The translations under genes were made by a program, and so were the position numbers. From Octopus sinensis (taxonomy: Eukaryota), in the NCBI RefSeq assembly GCF_006345805.1, contig NC_043013.1:11656001-11720000 (forward strand): a stretch of 64,000 bases of DNA, in the 5' to 3' direction. The notes beneath the pieces were generated by a model. That model was not told the DNA's origin. It was given only the letters and a program-made list of their open reading frames with translations, and ran no database searches. Positions within the stretch are counted from its first letter, which is position 1; each line of letters opens with the position of its first letter. This document shows, one piece after another, positions 1-11,559 of this stretch.

Positions 1-1312
1 TAAAAAAACCTTATATGATATAACGTCATAAGTAGCTAACAGAAAGAGTAGGGATACCAATAGTGAATGTTAAATATAAAGGAAATTAAAGTTTAAATTA
101 TATATAATGATAGAGACTACTTATATGCACTAAATGTATGTTTTTGCCAATGCTTACATCTGTATGCTCGCTCTATAACCGTGTTTACTAGAGTATTATA
201 GAAAAAATAATGAAAAATAGCTCAGAATTGCAGAGAAGACAGAATTCCTTGCCTTTGTCATATGGTATCGAAATTGAGAGAATCAACCATTCTAAATGAA
301 ATTGTTCATTGTGGTCTTTTAAATCCCAAATCAGTTTGCTGAGACCGGTACTATTACGTTTATTTCTATCCCTAAATGTTGAGTAATGGATAGAAATTCT
401 TTTAGATAACTCTAACGATGTGCTTCCAATGTAAAATCGTACTTTATTACGAATACTGATTATACACTGGTATATAGAATTTTTAATCTTAGAGTTACTT
501 GACATAAACTTAATTCTATTGTAATTGACTTCAGATACAATAACCTTGTTAATATTTCTAGAGTGTTGGATGGTATTAGCTAAATTAATGTTAGTATTAG
601 TAAATATATTAATATTTAACAGTTTGTTATTATGTGAAGAGATAATTTGCAAGAGATTTTTTGTGTTTGAAAAACCTATCCTAAACTTATGTGAATTGAT
701 AATAGAGTAATATCTAGAATTGTTTGGAAAATTCCTAGCAATAGCTTGACGAAACAGCAGTGGGAGATTAGATTTAATTTGTCTCCCGTAAGGAATTATT
801 AACCAAATATTTTTACTATTATTCATAGCGTAATTACATTTGAAGGTGCTATATTTACTTTTAGATCAATAATAGGGGATTAAATAAGGGTTATCTGCCT
901 TCATTCGCTTTGTATCGGTGCGTAAGTTATGTTTGTTATCAATAATACTTTTACGACTAGAAATCTTATCTACATTATTGAATTTACAATTAGACTGAGC
1001 AGAATCAATGTAGAAAATCTAAAATGGTTGATTCTCTCAATTTCGATACCATATGACAAAGGCAAGGAATTCTGTCTTCTCTGCAATTCTGAGCTATTTT
1101 TCATTATTTTTCTATAATACTCTAGTAAACACGGTTATAGAGCGAGCATACAGATGTAAGCATTGGCAAAAACATACATTTAGTGCATATAAGTAGTCTC
1201 TATCATTATATATAATTTAAACTTTAATTTCCTTTATATTTAACATTCACTATTGGTATCCCTACTCTTTCTGTTAGCTACTTATGACGTTATATCATAT
1301 AAGGTTTTTTTA
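1..1312. repeat. Inverted repeat, 1-291 versus 1023-1312
   Basis: Near-exact reverse complement. One 1-bp indel (A6 versus T5 run) explains the different ORF ends, FIIFSIIL versus FIIFL. Confidence 0.95.
188..826 (-). pseudogene. Penelope-like element (PLE) ORF 3' fragment: linker plus GIY-YIG endonuclease
   Basis: Translation has a PLE-type linker (WLIIPYGRQIKSNLPLLFRQAIARNFP...FRIGFSNTKNLLQIISSHNNKLL). It has a GIY-YIG core (SIYQCIIS...FYIGSTS..LSKRISIHYSTF...NSTGLSKLIWDLK) and a C-terminal CLLCNSE motif. No RT domain is seen, so it is 5'-truncated. Confidence 0.85.
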
Positions 1313-1396
1313 AACAATATTAATAGCGTTCTGTCTATCGCTATACAAATCCATCATTTTTGCTAAAATGTCTTATTGACGAGTTTCGCTTTTTTC

Positions 1397-1482
1397 ACTT
1401 TCCTGAGGAGAAAATTGCATTGTTTATACCATTTATTCTTTTGAATAGTATCAGTGGAATTTTCGAAACAAGTGTCGAAAGT
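1397..1482 (+). ncRNA. Type I hammerhead ribozyme with extended stem II (PLE pLTR)
   Basis: Stem I ACTTTC(1397-1402)/GAAAGT(1477-82); core CTGAGGA 1403-09; stem II GAAAATT/AATTTTC; GAAAC 1465-69; loop AAGT; cleavage triplet GTC 1474-76. Confidence 0.8.
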
Positions 1483-1681
1483 AAAGATATTTGATTACAC
1501 CTGCGTTAAACTCCATTTATTTATTCATATATTATTCAAAATATTCAACGTAAACACGAAGTTACCACCTTTATAACCAAGGAGTTACAACATCTTTACT
1601 TGTGAGATTTTTGCTACCCTGGTAACTATTTACTTATTTTTCCGTGTTAATTATTAACAAGGTAAAAATACACTAATCCCA

Positions 1682-1721
<40 letters not shown>

Positions 1722-2242
1722 GTATATGTATATGTATTATACATATAAATCCATAAAGGCACACACTCGCGCACTATTACGTATCGCTTTGCTATGTGTT
1801 TATAACTCAACTTACCCTCTCGTATATAAAAAAGCGTATTCCTGTCATAGCTTTTAGTGTAAGAGAAAAAGATATCATTTAGAAACTCCTAGTACATTTT
1901 TTAAACATCCATAAAATACACGGGTAATATTTTCATAATTATTTAGTTAAGGAGACAGTGCAATGCCCATGACCCTTACACCACATTGATGACCGACTGA
2001 AGAGGCAAGGAAAATAATCTCAAACACCGTAACCCGAAAGTCTGCAACCGTGTGAATTTCATTTAAAACATCAAAATCGCAGTGGAGGAGCGAAGGTAGA
2101 TAACGATGCGTATTGCCCATGTAGTCTTCGGGCAAATTTGAACATAGGACGTGAAGATCATCCAGAAAAAAACCCACAACGCATGCGGTTCGACGTTAAT
2201 TCTTTCAGGTAGATTCTTTTTGTCTTTTTGTTTTTTTAGAGA

Positions 2243-2601
2243 AGTAGTTGTGTGGGAAGAAGCTTGCTTCCCAATCTCATGGTTCCAGGTTCAGTTCCGC
2301 TGCGTGGAACCTTGGGCTAATGTTTTCTACTATAGCCTTGGGCTGACCAAAGCATTATTGAGTGGATTTGAGAGATGGAAACTGAAAGAATCCCGTCGTA
2401 TATATGTGTGTGTGCGTGCGTGTATATGTGTTAATTTATTCCGCCCATCATTTGGCAGCCGATGTTGGTGGGTTTACGTCCTCGTAACTTATTGGTTCGG
2501 CAAAATAGACCGATAGGATGAGTACTAGGCTAATCAAAAATAAGTCTTGGGGCCGATTTGTTCGATTAAAGCCATTGACTGAAACAAGTAAAAGAATAAA
2601 A
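2243..2601 (+). mobile_element. tRNA-derived SINE, family A (diverged)
   Basis: Head plus 'ttctactatagcc..gaccaaagc..gagtggattt..ggaaactgaaag' body, a microsatellite middle, and tail 'gactgaaacaagtaaaagaataaaa' shared with other copies in the window. Confidence 0.85.
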
Positions 2602-2630
2602 ATTCAATTTCAGTTTATGACCTTACATCT

Positions 2631-2860
2631 TATTTCTTTATAGCCCACAGAGGGCTAAACGTGAAGGGGACAAACAAGAACAGACAAGGGATTAAGTCGA
2701 TTACATCGACCCCAGTGCGTAACTAGTACTTAATTTATTGACACCGAAAGATGAAAGGCAAAGTCGACCTCGGCGGAATTTGAACTCAGAACGTAGCGGC
2801 AGATGAAATACGGCTACGCATTTCGCCCGGCGTGCTAACATTTCTGCCAGCTCGACGCCC
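2631..2860 (-). mobile_element. tRNA-derived SINE, family B, with 15-bp TSD
   Basis: Core 'gtcgactttgcctttcatc..ggtcgat..aagtac'; exact direct repeat tatgaccttacatct at 2616-2630 and 2861-2875. Confidence 0.92.
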
Positions 2861-3151
2861 TATGACCTTACATCTGTTACTATTACACCAATAGTTCTTT
2901 TAAAAAGTAGCCGTGGAGGACATATCCGACAGATCCATTGCAAACCCACAAGGACTATCAGCTGCACACATCTAACGTGTCCTTTCTTTAGCAAGATAAT
3001 AACAGATATAGTGCTATTCTATTAACGTGGAAGTACATAATGCACCGACCTCTGCAAATTCATCGACCGAGTTTGAACAACTGAACACCAAAGTTTACTT
3101 AGACTAATTGAATACAAAAGAGACGTTTTAAAAGAATGATATACAACGAGT

Positions 3152-3455
3152 GGCGGTGCAATGGCCCAGTGGTAAGGGCAGCGGATTCGCCGTTGTAGGA
3201 TCGCGGTTCTGATTCCCAGACCGGGCGTTGTGAGTGTTTATTGAGCAAAAACACCAAAAGCTCCACGAGGCTACGGCAGGGGATGGAGGCGATCCCTGCT
3301 GTACTCTTATGCCACAAATTTCACTTACTCTTTTTTTCTGTTGGCTTGCTCACTTAGCCAGCGGAGTGGCGTCATTTGAAGGCTAAAACAATGCGAAGAG
3401 CATTGTGACCAGCGATGTGTAGCAACATCTGATAGCCTGGTCGGTCACGGTGATG
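3152..3455 (+). mobile_element. tRNA-derived SINE, family D
   Basis: Pol III A box (tggcccagtgg) and B-box-like gttctgattcc, followed by a 'ttgagcaaaaacac' core and an unrelated tail. Confidence 0.7.
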
Positions 3456-3683
3456 TACTACGAAACATGCTACCCGCCGAGCTAAATCTTTTGTCCATTC
3501 GGCTCTTCAGGAACGTGTTTCTGAGTACGCTTAAAAAAATTATAGATGAAAGATTAATTTAATATGTTATGTAAATATTGGGGGTAAGTATGAAGTGATG
3601 TTTGAATAAATAAGATACCCTAATTCAAATATCTATTAGAATATTCTCTGAAAAACTTTGGGAGTAATTTGTCTCTCTGTTTA

Positions 3684-4077
3684 AGGCGGCGAGCTGGCAG
3701 AATTGTTAGCATGCTGAACAAAATGCTTAGCGGTATTTCGTCTGCCGCTACGTTCTGAGTTCAAATTCCGCCGAGGTCGACTTTGCCTTTTATCCTTTCG
3801 GGATCGATCAAATAAGTACCAGTTACGAACTGGGGTCGATATAATGACTTAATCCGTATGTCTGTCCTTTTTTGTCCTCTCTGTTTAGACCTTTGTGGGT
3901 AGTAAAGAAATATGTATTTCGTTTGTCTTTACGTTCTGAGTTCAAATTCTGCCGAGATCGACCTTGCCTTTCATCCTTTCGGGGTCGATAAACTAAGTAC
4001 CATTGGCGTACTGGGGTCGATCTAATCGACTGGCTCCCTCCCCCAAAATGTCGGGATTTGTGCCTAGAGTAGAAAAG
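3684..4077 (+). mobile_element. SINE family B dimer/composite (two cores, two different tails)
   Basis: Full copy at 3684-3915, then a headless second core with an alternative tail. Flanked by aatttgtctc(t/a)ctgttta at 3666-3683 and 4078-4095. Confidence 0.85.
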
Positions 4078-4889
4078 AATTTGTCTCACTGTTTAGATCT
4101 GCGATTGGGAATAACCGAAGACTGTCCTGTTGCAGATATTCGTCCCCAGCCTGATGATAATCTCTTCTCATTCCTACCAACAGTCATGAAATCTCTGTGT
4201 GTTGTCTTTTGTTTTCTCACTCAGGCACTTATAGAAATTAAAAGAGAGAAAGAAATATGTACGTCTCTGTATTTCTATGTGTAAGAGTCAAAATAAATGC
4301 TGCTTGATGCAAATGTGTGTTATTAGTGTGTACAGAGTGTTATGTATGTTAATTTAATTTGAAGTGAACGGTCGTCCGACCGTGACGTTCAATTTATGTG
4401 CAATACTTGTTTGTTTCACATAAATTCTCATTACACTCACGGAGACATTTACACATGACCAAGGAGACATGGGAGAGAGAGAGAGGGAGAGAATCTTTAG
4501 TTGTCCCATCCAACATCAAGCCACCGGTAAGAATGCTGTTCAATTTGAAAAGTGAATATAGTTCTGTGTGCAGTTCATTCATTCAATCGACATCCCGTAC
4601 AGAAAGTTCTTAGAATCACAAATAGATAGTAATCATTCAAAACCGGTCGGTGAAATATCGATGGTCTGTGGTCACACACCAGTCTACGAATAGAATACCA
4701 ATATTTTCATAGTTACCTGGAAAAGGAGGGCACACACCAGTTATAATAAATGTAATATTGGTATCAATTTTTTAGCACAAGGCCAGCAATTTCTGGGATC
4801 GACCGCAGTGCTAAACTGATATTAATCTTTACGATCCTGAAAGGGATAAAAAATTAAGTCGCCCTTTGCAGAATGTGGTATATGTAATA

Positions 4890-5065
4890 CTTAGCGACAG
4901 TTTGTCCGTCTTCACGTTTTGTGTTCAAATTCTGCCGAAGTGGACCTTGCTTTGTATCCTTTCAGGAACGATAAAATAAACACCATTGGAGCACTGGAGT
5001 CGAGGCAATCAACTTGCCCCATTTTCCAAAATGCTAGTCTTATGTTAAAAGTTGAAACTAATATT
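4890..5065 (+). mobile_element. Degenerate SINE family B
   Basis: gttcaaattctgccgaagtggaccttgctttgtatcctttcagg matches the family B core. Confidence 0.7.
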
Positions 5066-5219
5066 AATTACGCGTCTCTGGTCGAACACACAGATCTGTC
5101 CTCCACAGCTGCTTTCTATGACGAACGTAGGAGTCTTTGAAGTAGACGCACGGTCACAAAGTGAGTTCCACACCAACGTTTAAAATGTTACATCAAAAAA
5201 TTCGTCTACCGAATATCAG

Positions 5220-6740
5220 TCATATGACGTTATAGCCGCAGTGGTGATGATAATGTTGGTGGTGGCATTGGTGGTGGCATGGTGGTGGTTTTATAGTGCT
5301 AGTGATAGTGATACTGTGGTGGTGAGGGAGGTGAGGATTAATGATAGTGATGAATGATGATGCTGATGAAGGAATGATGGTACTGCTGAATGAATAATGG
5401 TGCTGTTGAATAATGATTTTGAGTGATGGTGTTGATGAGTAATCATATTGATAAGTGATAGTGCTCATGGGGGGGGGGACAGATGAGTGAGTGATGGTGT
5501 TGATGAGTGAAGGTGTTGATGAGTGAAGGTGCTGGTAGCGCTTGTAGTTTTGGTGGTGGTGTAAGTGATTGTCATAATGGTTATAGTTAGGAAGTATGGT
5601 GGTGGTAGTAGTACTTGTAGTAATAGTAGTGATAGCAGTGGTAGCAGCAGCAGCTGTGGTGGTGGTGGTGGTGGTGGTGGTAGTGGTGGTAGTGGTGTCA
5701 GTGGCGTTAATTGTGTTGGCGGTAGTATTGGTTGTGGTGATGATTATAACAGTGGAGACGTAGTGGTAGCATCGGTGGTTGTGAAGGTGGTGATGATGGT
5801 GGCATCGGTGCTTGTGAAGGTGGTGGTGATAGTACTGGAAATACTAATACGTAATGGTGGAGATGGAGTTTTATTAGATGCAGTAATGGTAGAACTGGAA
5901 TTGGTGAGGCGAATGAAGTTGATATTTCTGGTCGTAAAGGTGGCGGTGGCGGTGGGATTGCGACAATATTGGAAGCAGTAGCGTAGTGCTGGTGATAGTA
6001 ATGATGGTGGTATAGGCAGATGTCTAGATGTGGTAGCTGGTATGAGGAACTTAATATGAGATTAGCAACAGTGTTGGTAATAGCAGTAAGTAGTGTCAGA
6101 GGTAGTGGACTTGGTAAAGTTGAAAGGACAGTGGTGGTAGTTGTTTAGGTGGTGGTTGTGTTAGTTCATGTTTGGTAGTGGCTGATGCGGTAGTGGTCAT
6201 GGTTGAGGAGATATAGTGGTTAGTATAGGCGCTTTGTTTTAGTAGTGGTCGAGATGGTAGTGATAGTGGTTGAAGAGGTGATTGTGTTGTGTCAATGCTT
6301 GTATTGTTTTTAGTAGTGGTAGTTGTGGTGGTGGCAGAAGTGGTGCTGATGGTTGAAGACGTAGTGTGAGTGTTTCAGGAGGTGATTCTGATTGTTGTAA
6401 CTGTGGTAGTAGCTGTATCGTTGGTGGTTGAGGAGGTGGTTTGGATTGTAATTGCGGTGATGTTTATATGGCTGGTTGTAGTGGTGGTGGTGAGTGTGTC
6501 AGTTGAGGTGATGTAGAGGTTATAGGGATAGGTGAGATTTGCAGTGGTTAAGGTTACAGTGGTGGCGGTAGTATTGACTGCAGCAACGGGTGGGGGATAT
6601 ATGGAGTTTAAGATGGTAGATGTTTGTGGCGGTGGTCCTGGGGCTTGGCAGGAATTCTGATAGTGATTGTGATGATTGTAGCTCTGGGATTGTGGTATAG
6701 GTGATGGTAGTGATCGTGGTGGTTACTGAATTGGGCGCAG
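5220..6740. repeat. G-rich, triplet-periodic low-complexity tract (GGT/GTA/GAT derived)
   Basis: Strong G/T strand bias; the overlapping ORFs are Gly/Val or Thr/His low-complexity and shift frame. Confidence 0.85.
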
Positions 6741-6793
6741 CAATGTTGTTTTCTTCATGATGTGTATTCCCGTATTTATATATATATTATTAT

Positions 6794-6824
<31 letters not shown>

Positions 6825-7008
6825 AAAATATTAATATATATACGTTGTTATCTTTCTTTACTTCCCCCCTCTTTCCCCTATTATTTGTCTTCAATGGGAC
6901 TTTGCCATTTCGTGTTGCACGACATACAAGTAAAGTATTGATTTTTAATGAGTCGATACATTATAACATTCTGTGTATGAAATAGAGAGAGAGACTGAGA
7001 TAGAGAAA

Positions 7009-7044
<36 letters not shown>

Positions 7045-7329
7045 TGGGGCGAGAGAGATTTGAAAGATAGGGTGTGAGAAAGAGAAGGACAGAGTGAGAT
7101 AGAGGAAAACAGTGAGAATTAGAAAATTGAGAAGAGAATAACTTGTAAAAAAAACAAAGATGATGTATGTGAAGACGGCGGGGGTGGGGATACTTGATTT
7201 TCTATAAATCCTATATTATATGAATCGGTATCAGTCCAATACAGAATAAAGAAAATCGATAATCTTTATTAAATGTGTATCTTCAAATGTGTGTGTATGG
7301 GTTAGTGTACGAATGTATATGTGATTTTG

Positions 7330-7515
7330 TGTGGCGTATAGAAATATATACGTACGTAATCATATATATATGTGTGTGTGCATGTATATCCCTATATATA
7401 TATATATATATATATATGTGTGGTGTTGTGTGTGTGTGGTGTGTAGTGTATATAGGTGTATATATATATATATATATATACATATTACATACATATATAC
7501 ATAATATATACATGC

Positions 7516-7550
<35 letters not shown>

Positions 7551-8230
7551 AATCATATATATATACATATATATATATATATGTGTGTGGGTGTGTGTAT
7601 ACATACATTCACAAATGTACATATGTATGTATAAATGTACAATACGTGCATGCAAGTATACGCATACACATAAATATATACATACGTATATATATATAAC
7701 TATACATATATTCGATCTTATCTAAATGTATAAACACACATTACGTGTATGCGTATATGCGCGCGCGTGTGTGTGTATGTGTGTGTGTTTGCATGCGTGC
7801 GTGTGCATGTGTATAGAAATATGATGCGTGCATTTTCATTATTTTTATGTTTATATGAACAAACTTGAATACATTGAAATACATGCATAGACATATACAT
7901 ATATACATATATGTATATATACGTGTGCCTCTGTGTGTGTGTGTTTGTGTTTGTGCATGTATAATATGTGTGTATATGAACGCATTTATATGCAGGCGTC
8001 TATGCACACACATGTATTATATGTATGTATATATATATATATATATATATTATATAGATATTATATGTACATATATATATATACATATATACATATATAC
8101 ATATATATATATATTAATATATATATATAATATATATTATATATACATAACATATATATAGAGTATATATATAAATATATATATATACATATATACACAT
8201 ATTATATTATGTGTGTATGTGTGTGAGAGG
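7330..8230. repeat. Compound (AT)n/(AC)n/(ATAC)n microsatellite tract
   Basis: Direct inspection; source of YIYI/HTHT ORFs. Similar tracts occur at about 12.9-13.4, 18.1-18.4, 24.7-24.9, 32.8-33.1, 34.4-35.1, 43.1-44.3, 56.3-57.2 and 58.4-59.7 kb. Confidence 0.97.
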
Positions 8231-8904
8231 AAGAGTTAAGAGAAAAGAATCTGTATACACATGACATACTTGTTAGTGTATTTATGAAATGATATCGAAA
8301 TAATTCAAAATGAATGAATCAAATCTTCACAACATAACTGTAACAGGCACACACACACACATACGCCTATTAAAACTATATTAGCAGACGTGCGCCATTT
8401 TGTAAGCTCTATACCCAACCCCAGTAAGAAGAAAAACAGGCGAAGCACGATGACTTCATGGTTAACCTTATTTTATTCTAATACATTAAGATCCCACAAG
8501 CGAATCAGTGTGTAGAAAACTTCACTGAGCTGAGATTATTCGAGAAGTTCGCAGATTAAAAACCATCTTGGTGTATAAAACGTGGAAAACGTAATCAAGG
8601 GAGATAATTCCATTTAAATGGGATGATGGAAAAATTTTAGACTATATAGACATTATATTTACATGACATATTGAAATCTGTCGGAAACCTAAGAGCGCAT
8701 AAGGTAGTAGTTTAAAGCGGTTTTTGTGGCATATAAATGAGTGAGATCATAACCATCCCCTTCTCGGCAGGACGCTGGTCAGTCGAAAGGATAACACATC
8801 AGCTATTGCGGGAAATTGATGGCTAAAAGGACAGGTGTAACGGTTTATAAAACGTTTTTCTCAAGGACAAAACATACCACCCTCTTCGGGAATGAATAAT
8901 GATT

Positions 8905-9399
8905 AATGATAGTGATGAATGAGGGTACTGATGAATGAATAATGGTACTGATGAACGATGGTGTTGAGTGATAGAGCTGATGAGTAATGGCACTGATCAG
9001 TGATAGTGCTCATGTGTGATGATACCGCTGAGTGATGGTGCTGTTGAGTGAAGGTGCTGGTAGCGCTTATAATTTTGGTAGTGGTGGCTGTGGTTGTGGC
9101 AGAAGTGGTACTCATGGTTGAAAACGGAGTGTTTGAGGAGGTGACTATGAGAGTTGTGACGGTAGTAGCTGCTGATTGTTGGTGGCGAGGAAGTGGCTTG
9201 GATTGTAATTGTAGCGATGTTTACATGGCTGGTTATGGTCATGGTCGTGGTCGTGGTGATGAAGAGTATGTTAGATGAGGTGATGTAGAGATTATAGGGG
9301 TTGGTGAGATTTGCAGTGGTTGAGATGAGTTGTGGTGGTGGTAGTATTGACTGTGGCAAGGAGGGTATATGGTGTTTAAGATAGTAGATATTATTTGTG
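8905..9399. repeat. Diverged, internally deleted paralog of the G-rich tract at 5335-6650
   Basis: Shared specific strings, e.g. 'gagtgaaggtgctggtagcgctt', 'ggcagaagtggt.ct.atggttgaa', 'ttggattgtaattg..g.gatgttta.atggctggtt'. Confidence 0.8.
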
Positions 9400-9636
9400 A
9401 CAAGACGGCGATCTGGCATAGAGGTTAGCACGCTGGGTGAAATGCTTAGCGGTATTTCATCTGCTGTTACGTTCTGAGTTCAAATTCCGCCGAGGTCGAC
9501 TTTGCCTTTCATCCTTTCGGGGTCGATTAAATAAGTACCAGTTACGCACTGGGGTCGATATAGTCGACTTAATCCGTTTGTCTGTCCTTGTTTGTCCTCT
9601 CTGTGTCTAGCCCCCTTGTGGGTAGTAAAGAAATAG
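9400..9636 (+). mobile_element. SINE family B with 16-bp TSD
   Basis: Family B core; exact repeat gtagatattatttgtg at 9384-9399 and 9637-9652. Confidence 0.92.
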
Positions 9637-9849
9637 GTAGATATTATTTGTGGCAAATGCCATACCTTAACTACTAGGTCATATGGTTTCATACACTTGT
9701 ATTGTACCACATTATTTCTTTCTATCGAAATTCACTCACGACGCTTATGTTGCCCCAAGACAAGGGGAAATTAAACTTACCCCAAAATACTACACAATTT
9801 GATCAACACCGTGGTTTCTTGGTTGCTAATCTATAAATTCTAGATTATT

Positions 9850-10230
9850 ACCCATTCTAGTGGTCATGCTGTCACCATATGCTTGGCATAATTCGAGAAA
9901 ACCATGGCCAAAAAATTAGCATTATTAGGCACCGCACACATCCTACGTAAAACACTTTCAATACAAAATAAATAAGAGCACTGCAACAAACCAAAGCACA
10001 TACCCAAGGCACACAGAGCTGCGCTCGGCAGTGTAGGGAAAGCACGGGCTGCAGCAAATATTCTGCTCAATACCAAAGATTTGCATGTCAGTTGTTTGAT
10101 CTTAACCAATTGAGCATGTCCTTAGCGATTGATGATATGTGCATCTCTAATCACGAGCAGAAATAATGGGGTGCACCATAGCTATGTGTTGAGAGGAATT
10201 ATTAGGGTTTAGAGATTCCTGTGATTACAA
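9850..10230 (+). mobile_element. R4/Dong LINE 3' fragment with long-type 3' UTR
   Basis: Encodes KKLALLGTAHILRKTLSIQ, followed by the same 3' UTR as the copy at 10660-11443. Confidence 0.8.
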
Positions 10231-10599
10231 CATTTTGCAGAAGGATATTTTAAACTCAATGAAAACTACAGTTGCATTTAAAAAAAAATCTAGGTGGCAA
10301 ATTTTCCCTGGTATAGGCGCGGGATATATTTTCATTAATTATATCTTAGTTTAATGATTGTGTTATATAATATTTCTTTTAATTATCCATAATTAATGGA
10401 TGTTTATATAACTTTTAATGTTGACCCTGGTAACAATGTATACCGTGTTCGCCCCTCCCATGTTTCCATATAACAGTGATTTGTCCAGCAGCAAATGTTT
10501 TTAAAGCATTTGTCTTTAAACTTTTAGGAAAACATTTAGGAAAACTGAGCTTAGAGACAGACTGAATGTACAGCTTTGCTATTGCAGTTGTTGTTGTTG

Positions 10600-10658
<59 letters not shown>

Positions 10659-10659
10659 A

Positions 10660-11443
10660 TTGAGTGACGCTGGGGTAAATTATACGAAGCCCAGTATAAA
10701 CATCATGACTACCCGCCTGATAAGGGTACACCAGGAACATGCATCGCAACCATATGCGCGTGACATGGTACTCTCATGTCAAGATTAACAGCACATGACC
10801 TTGCAGGTGGAGCACAGTTTGAATTTTCATCAGGTCGAGTAGCCCATCCTGCTCAAAAGGTCCCTGAATCAGAGTTGTTTAAGGATGTTGAACGAAGCAC
10901 CTATGTTTCCAGATGGGAATTATCTAAACCCCAAAGAATTTTTCTCAACACATAGCTCTGGTGCACTCCATTACTTCTGCTCGTGATCAGTGATGCACAT
11001 ATCATCAATCGCTAAGGGACATGCTCAAGTGGTTATGAGCAGAATATTTGCTGTAGCCCGTGCCTTCACTGCACTGTCGAGCGCAGCTCTGTGTGCCTTG
11101 ACTGTGTGCTGTGGTTTATTGCAGTGTTCTTATTTTCTTTGTATTGAAAGTGTTTTACGTAGGATGTATGCGGTGCGTAGTAGTGCTATTTTTTGTATGT
11201 TATATATACTAGTTATTCTTGGTGTTTTTGTCACATATTTGTCTGAGTGTTTTTTTCTTTTTATCATACCTAATACGTCCACTATCATAGGAATTGTTTC
11301 TGTTTTTAGACTCCACACTCGAATTAACTCTATTTCCAGGTCTTTGTATTTTGAAAGTTTCTCCGTTTCCTTTGGAGAAACATTCTCATCTTTCAGTATT
11401 GATACATCGATTAGAAACCACTTTTCCTTGGTGATCTCTGACA
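10660..11443 (-). mobile_element. R4/Dong LINE 3' fragment (RLE C-terminus) with ~400-bp extended 3' UTR and (TAA)n tail
   Basis: ORF 11130-11444 reads FLIDVSI..ENVSPKETEKLSKYKDLEIELIRVW..TIPMIVDVLGMI..IQKIALLRTAYILR, typical of a restriction-like endonuclease end. (ATT)n lies on both sides. Confidence 0.88.
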
Positions 11444-11446
11444 TCT

Positions 11447-11459
11447 ATTATTATTATTA

Positions 11460-11545
<86 letters not shown>

Positions 11546-11559
11546 TTATTATTATTATT
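11447..11559. repeat. (ATT)n array between two Dong copies; further arrays at 10598-10658 and ~12098-12260
   Basis: Direct inspection. Confidence 0.95.

Larger units (their letters stand above)
1..1530 (-). mobile_element. 5'-truncated Penelope-like retroelement with an inverted pseudo-LTR; continues beyond the left window edge
   Basis: Endonuclease ORF at 188-826, an inverted copy of its 3' end starting at 1023, a hammerhead at 1397-1482, and a 3' terminus (ctccatttatttattcatat, ~1530) shared with the copies at 17.2 kb and 30.4 kb. Confidence 0.8.

Noticed and set aside
1947-2200. GC-richer segment with a 76-aa ORF, a ttgccc/gggcaa hairpin and CTGAAGA...GAAAG
   Set aside because: No recognisable protein motif. 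The hammerhead fold fails (2-bp stem II, no NUH triplet pairing).
4090-4200. Minus-strand SSGWGRISATGQSS, reminiscent of a trypsin GWG motif
   Set aside because: No flanking cysteines or other protease motifs, and no credible splice sites.
10810-10850. Minus-strand gacc-TGATGA...ggtc, resembling a C/D snoRNA start
   Set aside because: No D box (CTGA) before the closing stem, and it lies inside a LINE 3' UTR.
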